The position numbers and the translations under genes were made by a program. Positions 8,183 to 17,282 of a DNA stretch of 64,000 nt are shown one piece after another. Location of the stretch: the NCBI GenBank assembly GCA_963702545.1, contig CAVPDB010000002.1, positions 17,941 to 81,940 on the forward strand. Reading direction: 5' to 3'. The stretch's first letter is position 1. Every line of letters begins with the position of its first letter. The stretch comes from an uncultured Acidobacteriota bacterium (GTDB lineage Bacteria; Acidobacteriota; Polarisedimenticolia; J045). The notes under the pieces are model-generated. The model saw only the letters and a program-made list of their open reading frames with translations. It was not told the origin of the DNA and did no database searches.

Positions 8183-10832
8183 ATGGACGAGCCCAGGCGG
8201 GCCGGGTCAGGGCTCGCGGACGACAGCCCTACCGTGTCCTTCGGGGGCGGCGCCGCGATCCCGGCACCGGAGACGTCCGCGCGCCGGTTCCTGCCGGGAA
8301 CCCTGTTCGCCGGCCGCTACCGGATCGTCGAGCTGCTGGGGCAGGGTGCGACCGGCGAGGTCTACCGCGCCGACGACCTGCACGTGGGCCAGCCGGTCGC
8401 GCTGAAGTTCCTGCCGGCCCACCTCGCCGACAGCACGGTGGCGCGCGACCGCGTGCGCAACGAGGTCCGGGTCGCGCGGCAGGTGACGCACCCGAACGTC
8501 TGCCGGGTCTTCGACATCGGCGAGGCCGACGGCCACACCTTCATCTCGATGGAGTACGTCGACGGCGAGGACCTGCGCTCGGTGCTGCGGCGGCTCGGCC
8601 GCCCCTCGCGCGAGAAGGCGCTCGAGATCGCACGGCAGATCTGCGCCGGGCTGGCCGCGGCGCACGAGATCGGCGTCCTGCACCGCGACCTGAAGTCCGC
8701 CAACATCATGATCGACGGCCGGGGACGCGCGCGGATCACCGACTTCGGGCTGGCCGCCTTCGCGCACGAGCGGGAGGGGCAGGGGGTCGCCGGCACGCCG
8801 ACCTACATGGCGCCCGAACTGTTCGACGGCGCGCCGTCCTCGACCCGGACCGACATCTACGCGCTGGGCGCGGTGCTCTACGAGCTGTTCACGGGGCGCG
8901 CCGCTTACCCCGCCGCGAACGTCGCCGAGCTGCGCCGCCTGCAGCTCGCGGGCCCGCCGCCCAGCCCGGCGCAGCTCGTCCCCCAGTTGGATCCCACGGT
9001 CGACGAGCTGATCCTGCGCTGCCTGCACGCCGATCCCAGCGAGCGCCCGCCCTCGGCGCTCGCCGTCGCGGCCGTGCTGCCCGGGCGGCGACCCGGTGGC
9101 GACGGCGCTCGCGGCGGGCGAGACCCCGTCGCCCGAGATGGTCGCGGCGGCGGGGGGAGAGTCGCCGATGCCGCGCCCGCTCGCGCTCGGCATCTTCGGT
9201 GCGATCGCCGCCGGGCTGCTCCTGATCGCCGCGCTGAATTCCCGCGTTCTGCTGCTCGGCGCCGCGCCGCCCGCCAAGCCGCCGATCGTGCTCGCCGACC
9301 ACGCGCGCGAGCTGCTCTCCTCGCTGGGCGCGACGGCGGCGCCCGCCGACGTCTGGTACCGCTACTCGACCTACCCCAGCTATCTCGGTCACGTGGCGAA
9401 GACCGATCCCGCCCCCGACCGCTGGGCGCGGATGATGGGGCGGATGCCGTCCCCGTACGCGTTCCACTACCGCGAGAGCCCGGTGCCGATGGTGCCGCGC
9501 GGCGTGTCGAGCGAGATCTCGTTCCGCGAGCCCCCGCTCACCGCCCCCGGGATGGCCGGCGTCATCACCGACGACCAGGGGCGGCTGCAGATCCTCGAGA
9601 TCGCGCCGCCCGAGCGGGACGCCAGCCCGCGCACCGACGCGGTGCCCGACTACGCCCCGCTCTTTGCCGCGGCCGGGCTCGACCTTGCGGACTTCACCGC
9701 CGCCAGCCCGGAATGGAACCCGACGCTGCCGGCCGACTCGCGCGCGGCGTGGACCGGGCACTACCGCGGACAGCCGGACTGGCCGGTGCGGATCGAGGCG
9801 GGCGGCTACCGCGGCCGCCCGATCTACTTCCAGGTGCTCGAGACCTTCGACACGCCGGTGCGGCTGGGGAAGCAGGAATCCCCGCCGCTGGTGCGGCGCG
9901 CCTCGCAATGGGCGAACGTCCTGCTGCTGGCCGCGATGCTCGTGGTGCCCCCGCTCGTCGCGCGCCGGAACCTCCGGCGCGGGGTCGGGGACCGCAAGGG
10001 GGCGTGGCGGCTGGGGATCGCCGTCGGGCTGCTTCAGCTCGTCCACTGGCTGCTCCGCACCGACCTGGCCGGGGGGGCGATCACCCGGCAGACCGACCTC
10101 TTCCTGGCCCAGCTGGGCCTCGTCCTGCTCTTCGGGGTGGTCAGCGGGCTGATCTACCTCGCGCTCGAGCCCTACGTGAGACGGCACTGGCCGCGCACAC
10201 TGATCTCCTGGACGCGCCTGGTGATGGGGCGGGTGGGCGACCCTCGCGTCTCGCGCGACGTGCTGATCGGCGCGCTGGGCGGCGTGCTGGTGGTCGTCGT
10301 CCAGCGCCTCGAGTGGATCGTCCCCTACTGGCTCGGGCAGGCGCCACCCGTCCCCTACGGGGTCGCCGACGCCGTTCTCGGCGGGGGCCGCAAGGCGCTG
10401 GCGCAGATCGTCTCCGCCGAGTTCCTCGGCGGGCCGCTGTTCGTGCTCTTCGTCCTGACGGCGGCGCAGTTCCTGCTGCGGCGCCGCTGGCTCGCGATCG
10501 CGGTGGCGATGGCCTTCCTGATCCTTCTCGACGGGCACTGGCAGCTCGAAAGCGCGTCGCTCCTCCTGCGCGCGGGGGCGATGGTCGAGGTGCTGCTGGT
10601 CTGGGGGATCATCCTCACCGTGATGCTCCGCTTCGGGCTGCTCGCGCTGGTCTCGACCTTCTTCTTCCTGGTCGTGCTGCAGTCGTGGCCGGTCCTCTTC
10701 GACTCGGCCGCGTGGTTCGCCGGCGCCTCGTGGACGGCGCTGGCGGTGCTTGGGGCGATTGCCGTCATCGCGATGCTCGGGGCGTGCGGCGGCGCGCGGG
10801 CGTGGAAGCGCGCGGCGGTGGGGTGGGGGTAG
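8183..10832 (+). CDS. Ser/Thr protein kinase with C-terminal polytopic membrane domain; apparent 1-nt frameshift near 9080
   Basis: Frame 2 (8183..) gives a Hanks kinase (GQGATGEVYRA, HRDLKSANIM, DFGLA, GTPTYMAPE) ending ...SALAVAAVLPG. Frame 0 (ORF 9096..10832) continues with the family-typical linker ATALAAGETPSPEMVAAAG and more than 8 TM helices. A one-base change in cccgggcggcg at about 9080 joins the two. Confidence 0.75.
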
Positions 10833-10971
10833 GCGGGGACACGAGCCGGCCCTACTGAGAATCCGCCAGCCGTCCCCGGCCCGGCGCGCCCCGCTCGCAG
10901 CCACCGGTCGCATCGCCTCCTCCGCCCGACTGGAGCAGAGGAGCTACAAAGAGAGGATCTATCCGTGTCCG

Positions 10972-12588
10972 CTACTGGGCCGACCCGCTGCTCGCGGACT
11001 CGATGGCCTTCTTCAAGGACTCGCGCCGCTCCCGCTCCTCGAGGGCCAGGCGATAGGCGACGTAGTACTTGTAGATGTTGCTCACGTAGGTCACCGTCTC
11101 ACGGCCGATGCGCTCGGACGCGATGTGTTCCACGTTACCGAACCACACGTTCGGATCGAGGCCGCGTTTTTCCGCCTCACGTCGCAGCTGACGGATACGC
11201 CCGGGCCCGGCGTTGTAGGAAGCAAAGGCAAAAAGGCCCTTGTCGAGTTCGGTCATCCGCTCGTCCTTGAAGTACTGGTCGATGACCCAGCGAATGTACT
11301 TGACGCCCGCGTGGATGTTGGGCTCGAGCTGGGAGATGTCACCCACGCTCAGTTCCTTCCCGGTGGCCGGCATCACCTGCATGACGCCGACCGCGCCCAC
11401 CCGGCTCTTCACTCCCTGGTCGAGCCCGGACTCCTGGAACCCCTGTGCGGCCATCAGCAGGTAGTCCATGTCGTACTGATCGCCGTACTTCTTGAACAGT
11501 TCGGCGATCTGCCGGAACTTCTTGATCTCGGCCTCGGAGGTGGCGTTCTTCACGAACGTCGTGTTCTGGAAGTAGCGCTTCTCCATCATGTTGCCGAATG
11601 TCGTGCCCACGCCGTACGTGTCGATCACGGCGTTCAGTCCGGCGGCCAGCTGCGGGTTGCTCTTGCGGATCGCGATCGCCAGGTGGCCGCCGGTACGCAC
11701 CGCGACCGTGTCGTGCACGACGAGGTCCGTGAAGATCTGCTTCCAGAACTCCGCGAGGTAGCTGTCGACGACGGTGATCTTGATGAGGCCGACGTTGACC
11801 ATCTCGAGCAGGGCGTCGTCCTCGAGGTTCTCAGGTGCCTCGCGGATCGACACCGCCAGCTTGCCCGATGCCTTCAGCCGTTCGTTCAGTGCCTGCAGGC
11901 TCTCGTAAAACGAGCTGCTCCTGCGAACGAAGACTTCCTTTCCGGAGAGGTCGTCCACGGCAGCAATCGCCGGCGCGCCAGGGCCGGTCACCACGACCTC
12001 GTTCACGTTCTTGCGGGTCGGATTCGTGAAGTCCACGCGCTTGCGGAGTTCCGGCCTGTCGGTGATCCCTGCCATCACCAGGTCCACCTTGCCGTCCACG
12101 AGCGCCGGCATCAGCTGCTCGCGTGGCAGAGGCACGATGAAGAAGTAGACCTTCAGGTTGCCGGTCTTGCGCCGCTTGTTCAGTTCGTCCTCCATGAGCT
12201 TGGCGTACTCGTAGCCGATACCTCGTTGCACCCCCTTGTCGACGAAGTACTGCGTACGGTTGTAGGGCAAACCGATGCGCACGAGCCGGCGCTTCACCAT
12301 CTCGTCGAGGTCGCCGGTGAAAGGCTTATAGAGACGCTCGCTTACGCTCGCGGGCAGAGCCGATACGAACTCCGGCAGCGGCAGAGGCTCGTCGACCTCA
12401 GCGGCGGGCGTCGGCGGCTCCACTGCCGCGGGCGTCGCCGGACCTGCCGTGGCGGGCTTCGCTTCGTCCTGTCCAGCGGAGCAGCCCGTCATCGGGAGCA
12501 ACGCGAGAAAGGCGAGGCAGGATGCGAAGGCGCCTGCAACGAGTGTGCGGACCATGGTTCGCATGAGGAGTCTCCCCGGCCGCTCCAT
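10972..12588 (-). CDS. mltF: Membrane-bound lytic murein transglycosylase F (SBP_bac_3 domain + SLT domain), lipoprotein
   Basis: 538-aa intact ORF. It has a lipoprotein-like signal (LLPMTGCSAG), a periplasmic solute-binding-type domain, and a C-terminal lysozyme-like SLT domain (...GVMQVMPATGKEL...YNAGPGRI). GC is visibly lower than the surrounding genes. Confidence 0.8.
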   Translation of the reverse strand: MERPGRLLMRTMVRTLVAGAFASCLAFLALLPMTGCSAGQDEAKPATAGPATPAAVEPPTPAAEVDEPLPLPEFVSALPASVSERLYKPFTGDLDEMVKRRLVRIGLPYNRTQYFVDKGVQRGIGYEYAKLMEDELNKRRKTGNLKVYFFIVPLPREQLMPALVDGKVDLVMAGITDRPELRKRVDFTNPTRKNVNEVVVTGPGAPAIAAVDDLSGKEVFVRRSSSFYESLQALNERLKASGKLAVSIREAPENLEDDALLEMVNVGLIKITVVDSYLAEFWKQIFTDLVVHDTVAVRTGGHLAIAIRKSNPQLAAGLNAVIDTYGVGTTFGNMMEKRYFQNTTFVKNATSEAEIKKFRQIAELFKKYGDQYDMDYLLMAAQGFQESGLDQGVKSRVGAVGVMQVMPATGKELSVGDISQLEPNIHAGVKYIRWVIDQYFKDERMTELDKGLFAFASYNAGPGRIRQLRREAEKRGLDPNVWFGNVEHIASERIGRETVTYVSNIYKYYVAYRLALEERERRESLKKAIESASSGSAQ

Positions 12589-12993
12589 GAGCGCCGTTCA
12601 AACTATAAACCTGTTTCTCGTCATGACGGGTACGGAGAGGCGGAAAGGCCCGCGTCTCAGACCGGCCTCAGGCTGGTACCGGCCGGTGGGATTCGGAAAT
12701 AGCGCGGAGCCATGTACTGTTAGGCCTACGGGAGTGGCGCCGGACGGACGCCGTGGGACACTTGGAGCGCTGATCCCCGGTACACCCCACGGCGACGAAA
12801 AGCTGAGGCTGGACTAATCTCGGCTCGCTTTCGCCCGCCGGGGGCTCGTAAAAGTACTCGTCCACCGGGACCGGCCATACCGCGTCTTCTGTCACCGCTT
12901 CAACGGCGCAGTGCACCCTCCTTTGATCTCCCCTTCGCGAACACGCTGCGGCGTGAAATAATGTGACTTTAGTCCAACAAAGGGGGCGCCAAC

Positions 12994-13380
12994 ATGAACG
13001 GGTGCTTTTCGATCAAGACGAAGCTCGGCGTTCTCGTGCTCAGCGTGATCGCGTTCCAGAGCTGTCAGAGCCTGGGCGTGCACGACGCGGCGAGCCTTCT
13101 CTCCCCAGAGCTTCAACGGTCCGAGGTCGTCGGCTTCGTGGCCGGTCTCGGAACGACCTTTGCCGGGCTGCCCGATTTGCTCGCCATGCTCAAGCGGCGC
13201 TCCAGCGCAGGCATGAATCCGAGGATGGCGGCGATCATGTGCGTCTTTCAGTTTGCCTGGGTCTACTACGGCCTGCTGATCGCTTCACGGCCGGTGGTCC
13301 TTTGGAACGTGATTGCGATCGTGATCAACGGCCTGAGCGTCGCTGCGTACCTTCACTTCGCCCGCAGGGAGAAGGCCTAG
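12994..13380 (+). CDS. SemiSWEET-like (PQ-loop/MtN3) small sugar transporter
   Basis: 128-aa ORF whose C-terminal ~90 aa form three TM helices with a PQ-loop-like motif (AGLPDLLAMLKRRSSAGMNP...FQFAWVYYGLLI...NVIAIVINGLSVAAY). The true start may be internal. It lies upstream of a GH13 gene. Confidence 0.45.
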   Translation: MNGCFSIKTKLGVLVLSVIAFQSCQSLGVHDAASLLSPELQRSEVVGFVAGLGTTFAGLPDLLAMLKRRSSAGMNPRMAAIMCVFQFAWVYYGLLIASRPVVLWNVIAIVINGLSVAAYLHFARREKA

Positions 13381-13509
13381 AGAATCGAACACCGAGAGCC
13401 ACACTGCAGAGAGAAGGGGGGACCCGAAGAACCCCCCGGGAAGAAACGTCTTCGCCGACGGCTTCCGCCGGATCCGCCAGCAGGTGGGCGGCGACCAGGA
13501 GGACCAGGC

Positions 13510-14980
13510 ATGTCGACGCCGCGGTATCCCTCGCTCTTCCAGATCAACACGCGGGTCCGGCTCTCGGAGCTCACGGTCGATCTGGGACGAAAGGCCACCC
13601 TCGACGACATCCCCGACGCGGAGCTCGACAGCCTGGCCGCGGACGGGTTCGACCTCGTCTGGTTCCTGGGCGTCTGGCAGACCGGCGAGGCGGCCCGGCG
13701 CGTGTCGCGCTCGAAGCCCGATTGGCTCGCCGAGTACCGCCGCGTCCTTCCCGACTTCCGAGAGGAAGACGTCACCGGCTCCTGCTTCGCCGTCCGGGAC
13801 TGCAGGGTGCTCGAGGACTTCGGCGGAGACGAGGCGCTCGCCCGACTGCGCTCTCGTCTGAAGCGCCGGGGCCTGCGCCTGATCCTGGACTTCGTCCCGA
13901 ACCACATGGCCCCGGACCATCCCTGGGCCGCGAAGCACTCGGACTTCTTCGTGCCGGGACGGAGGAGCAGCTCGCCGCCCAGCCCCAGAACTACTGCCGC
14001 GTCGGCGAAGGGCCCGGGCGCGCGCATCCTGGCGTACGGGCGCGACCCCTACTTCGACGGCTGGCCCGACACGCTGCAGCTCAACTACGGCAACCCTGCC
14101 CTCCAGCAGGCGATGCTCGGCGAGCTGCAGCGCATCGCGCACCAGTGCGACGGTGTCCGCTGCGACATGGCGATGCTCGTCCTGCCGGAGGTCTTCGAGA
14201 GGACCTGGCGGATCCCCGCCCCACTGTTCTGGCCGCGGGCGACGGAGGCCGTCCGCGCCGAGGTCCCGGGCTTCCTCTTCCTCGCCGAGGTCTACTGGGA
14301 CCTGGAGTGGACCCTCCAGCAGCAGGGGTTCGACTACACCTACGACAAGCGGCTCTACGATCGTCTGGAAGAGGGGCACGCCCGCCAGGCCCGCGAACAT
14401 CTTCTCGCGGGCCTCGATTTCCAGGACCACCTCGCCCGCTTCCTGGAGAACCACGACGAGCCGCGGGCTGCCGCCACGTTCGCGCCCGAGAAGCACCGGG
14501 CCGCCGCCGTCCTGACGTTCCTGACACCAGGCCTTCGCTTCTTCCATCAGGGTCAGCGCGAGGGCAGGCGGGTGCGCATCCCCGTGCATCTCGGCCGCGG
14601 GCCGGACGAGTCACCCGAGGCGGGGATCGCCGCCTTCTACGACGGTCTCCTCGAGTGTCTGAAGGACCCCGCTTTCCGGGACGGACGCTGGCAGCTCCTC
14701 GAGTGCCGTCCCGCCTGGGACGGCAACGGGTCGTGGGACTCCTTCGTGGCCTTCTCCTGGGTCGGCCCGCACGACGAGCGCCGTCTCGTCGCCGTCAACT
14801 ACGCCGAGCACCCGGGCCAGTGCTACGTCGGCAATGCCGTGGTGCGACCTCGACGGACGCACGTGGCGCCTCCAGGACCTGACCGGTCCCGCCGTCTACG
14901 ACCGCGCGGGAAGCGACCTCGCCGCGGCAGGGGCTCTACCTCGACCTGCCCGCGTGGGGCTACCAGGTGTTCCTGTCTAG
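13510..14980 (+). pseudogene. Alpha-amylase family (GH13-like) protein gene, disrupted by at least 4 frame shifts and lacking an in-frame stop
   Basis: Frame 1: MSTPRYPSLFQINTRV...LDFVPNHMAPDHPWAAKHSDFFV. Frame 0: GTEEQLAAQPQNYCRVGEGPG. Frame 1 again: ARILAYGRDPYFDGWPDTLQLNYGNP...ENHDEPRAAATF...CYV. Frame 2: CDLDGRTWRLQDLTGPAVYDRAGSDLAAAG. Frame 0: LYLDLPAWGYQVFLS. The shifts fall at about 13962, 14018, 14840 and 14925. Confidence 0.6.
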
Positions 14981-15002
14981 CCACCGAGTCACGGGGCGAG
15001 TG

Positions 15003-16082
15003 TCAGTGCGAAGCCTGTGCGGGCGGGCGATTCCAGGAGCCGGCCGGTCTCACGGCACCGCCCCGCGGGTTGAAAACGACCCGCCAGACATCGTTGTCGA
15101 CACGCTCGGCGTTGACGGCAGGAGGCAGTTCGAAGCGCTCGCGGTCGCCCCCGAAGGTGAAAATCGTGGGGAACGGGCTGCCGGGCACGCCATCGACCAC
15201 GAGAGCATCGAAGTCGTACTTGACGTCGTCCGGATCGCTCGCGAGCCAGGGCGGCCCGAATGGCCTGCCGAGCCTCCACCAAAGGCGGCCATCAGTGCTG
15301 AGCCAGGCGTCGTTCGGATTCTGCGGCTCACCGTAGCCACCGAAGCAGGCGATCTGGTTGAGCACCAGAACGCACTGGTGACCGGGCCGCGGCGACCAGC
15401 CGGCGGACTCCGTCACGAGCTCCCACTCCTCGCCGTCTCTCGAGCGCCAGACGTCGTTGAAGTAGAGATCCCGCTCGGGCACGCAACCCGGGGCGCCGCC
15501 GCACGTGAAGCCGCGTTCGCCGCCGAGCAGATAGATGAAGCCGTCCTTGACCACGGCGGCTGCGCCGGCCCGCGGCTCCCACGGAGCGCTCGCCGTGACC
15601 TGCGTCCACTGCACGCCATCACGCGATTTCCAGACATCGTTGAAGAGGATCCTCCCCTGGCCGCCCGTGGACTGGTCGTCGCCCTGGCTTCCGCCGAAGA
15701 CGAAGATCTCTTCACCGTGCACGACCGCGCTCAGTCCCGCGCGGCCTTCCCATGCGGCGGCGGACGTGACCAGCGACCAGCTCTCCCCGTCGTCGCTCGT
15801 CCAGACGTCGCTGAAGAAGGTCGAGTTCGGGATGATCGGCAGACATGGGACGCCAGGCGGGTTGCCCGGACAGCCGAAGGGGAACTCCGGATTCGGCAGG
15901 ACATCGAAATTCTGGCCGCCGACCACGAGGAGCCGATCGTCGAACCGCAGGGCCTGGAAGTAGGCTCGGGCCGGCCACGCGGCGTCCGACGCAAGCTGCC
16001 ACGACTCGCCCAGATCGGTGCTTCTGTAGACGTCACCGTACAGGATCGTGTTGAACGGGCTGAATGGGCCTCGGCCACCCAT
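15003..16082 (-). CDS. Kelch-repeat (galactose-oxidase-like beta-propeller) protein; the N-terminus probably extends upstream to about 16293 through a frame shift
   Basis: 359 aa with repeated FNDVW.S.DG..W..V...A.W..R.g....V.....GG units. The same frame stays open and Kelch-like (SGWTRVVERAEWSPRAGLQAVEFEGNLYIMGG) upstream of the annotated ATG, back to a stop at about 16270. The ATG at 16293, which has a GGAGAAGAAGAG RBS, is in a different frame. Confidence 0.7.
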   Translation of the reverse strand: MGGRGPFSPFNTILYGDVYRSTDLGESWQLASDAAWPARAYFQALRFDDRLLVVGGQNFDVLPNPEFPFGCPGNPPGVPCLPIIPNSTFFSDVWTSDDGESWSLVTSAAAWEGRAGLSAVVHGEEIFVFGGSQGDDQSTGGQGRILFNDVWKSRDGVQWTQVTASAPWEPRAGAAAVVKDGFIYLLGGERGFTCGGAPGCVPERDLYFNDVWRSRDGEEWELVTESAGWSPRPGHQCVLVLNQIACFGGYGEPQNPNDAWLSTDGRLWWRLGRPFGPPWLASDPDDVKYDFDALVVDGVPGSPFPTIFTFGGDRERFELPPAVNAERVDNDVWRVVFNPRGGAVRPAGSWNRPPAQASH

Positions 16083-16476
16083 GATGTAGAGATTCCCCTC
16101 GAACTCGACGGCCTGCAGCCCCGCCCGCGGCGACCACTCCGCACGCTCGACGACACGCGTCCATCCCGATCCGGTCGAGAACGAAGCGTTCCGGCCCGCG
16201 GAACTCCCGCGCGGAGTCCCGGCGTAGGACGGATCGGTCGCAACAGCTGCGAAACGTGATCGCCATCGCGGCCAATACTGGACGGTATGTCATCTCTTCT
16301 TCTCCATCTCCCGCATCGACCGGCCCGGAAGCGGGCGCCTGATCATGGCGAGTCGCGGAGTATACGTCCCGAGCATGCTCTCGCCCATTCGAGCCGGTGC
16401 TGTCCTTCGCCAAGAGTGCGCCACGACGGCGCGTAAGGGAGGTCACGAAGTGACCGACTGAACGCCGCCATGCTGC

Positions 16477-17193
16477 ATGGGAGATGGGGGCGGGCTCCCC
16501 GGGAACGGATTGCAGGATCAGTTCCCAAACCAGCGGACGCCGCGTGGGGATGAGAGCCCAGGTGGTGAGCAGTCCGTGAAAAGGCGGGCAGGAGCCCGTC
16601 AGGTGTGGATCAGGAAGGCGAACGCGACCGCTGGGGATCCCGACGGTCGCGGATCGCATCGCGCAGATGGTGGTCAAGCAGACGTTCGAGCCGCTGGTGG
16701 AGCCGAAATTCCCCCCCGACCCTTTACGGCTATCGACGCGGCAAGTCGGCACTGGATGCGGTAGGAGTCGCGCGCGAGCGCTGCCGGCGCATGGACTGGG
16801 TCGTGGATCTGGACATCCGAGATTCCTTCGGGAGTCCGGACGACGATCTGCTAATGAAGGCGGTGAAGCACCATACGGAACTGACGTGGATCCATCTGTA
16901 CGTGGAGCGGTGGCTGCAAGCGCCGCTGCAGCATACGGATGGAACGCTGCAGGCCCGCACCGCGGGGACGCCGCAGGGGGGTGTGATCAGCCCGTTGCTG
17001 GCGAACCTCTTCATGCACTACGCGTTCGATGAGTGGATGCGGCGGCGACTTCCGGCCGTACCCTTCGAGCGGTACGCTGATGATGTCGTGATCCACTGTG
17101 CGAACCTGGCCCAGGCCCTGCAAGTGTTGGAGGCCGTTCGCGGTAGGCTGCGGGAGTGCAAGCTGGAATTGCACCCGGAGAAGACGAACCCCG
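16477..17193 (+). mobile_element. Group II intron-type reverse transcriptase (IEP) remnant: 5'- and 3'-truncated, with at least 2 frame shifts
   Basis: RT motifs are split over three frames. Frame 1: VWIRKAN. Frame 2: RPLGIPTVADRIAQMVVKQTFEPLVEPKFPP. Frame 0: YGYRRGKSALDAV...VVDLDIRDSF...GTPQGGVISPLLANLFMHYAFDEWM...YADDVVIHC...LELHPEKT. There is no RT-0 or maturase/En region; the coding sequence stops being RT-like exactly where the 79-bp repeat begins. Confidence 0.7.
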
Positions 17194-17272
17194 CGGTCGG
17201 CCGCTCCCCCTTCCTGCAGGCCCGCGGCTACGCGCTCCGCCTCATAATCCGCGGCTTGAATCGCTTATCTGC
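17194..17272. repeat. 79-bp direct repeat, copy 1 (2 mismatches to copy 2)
   Basis: cggtcggccgctcccccttcctgcaggcccgcggctacgcgctccgcctcatAatccgcggcttgaatcgctTatctgc. It is re-found at 19534..19612, exactly 2340 bp away. It contains the palindromes CCTGCAGG and CCGCGG (x2). Confidence 0.8.
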
Positions 17273-17282
17273 GCGGGCAGCC

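Noticed and set aside
8207-9277. 356-aa minus-strand ORF antisense to the kinase gene, and the 8889..10913(-) 674-aa ORF
   Set aside because: They are antisense to a kinase domain with intact Hanks motifs and to its conserved membrane C-terminus. The translations are low-complexity.
12590-12993. Known riboswitch or tRNA in the 400-bp AT-richer spacer upstream of the SemiSWEET gene
   Set aside because: I found only a 7-bp stem with a 28-nt loop, CCGTGGG...CCCACGG (from about 12737), and no consensus of any riboswitch or tRNA I can recall. It is left as a candidate for covariance-model search only.
15731-16752. ORFs 15731..16243(-) and 16033..16752(-) as separate genes
   Set aside because: They are alternative frames over the Kelch gene and its upstream region. 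Only the ATG at 16293 inside the second one, with its RBS, looks meaningful. It is reported as the probable true start of the Kelch gene rather than as a separate gene.
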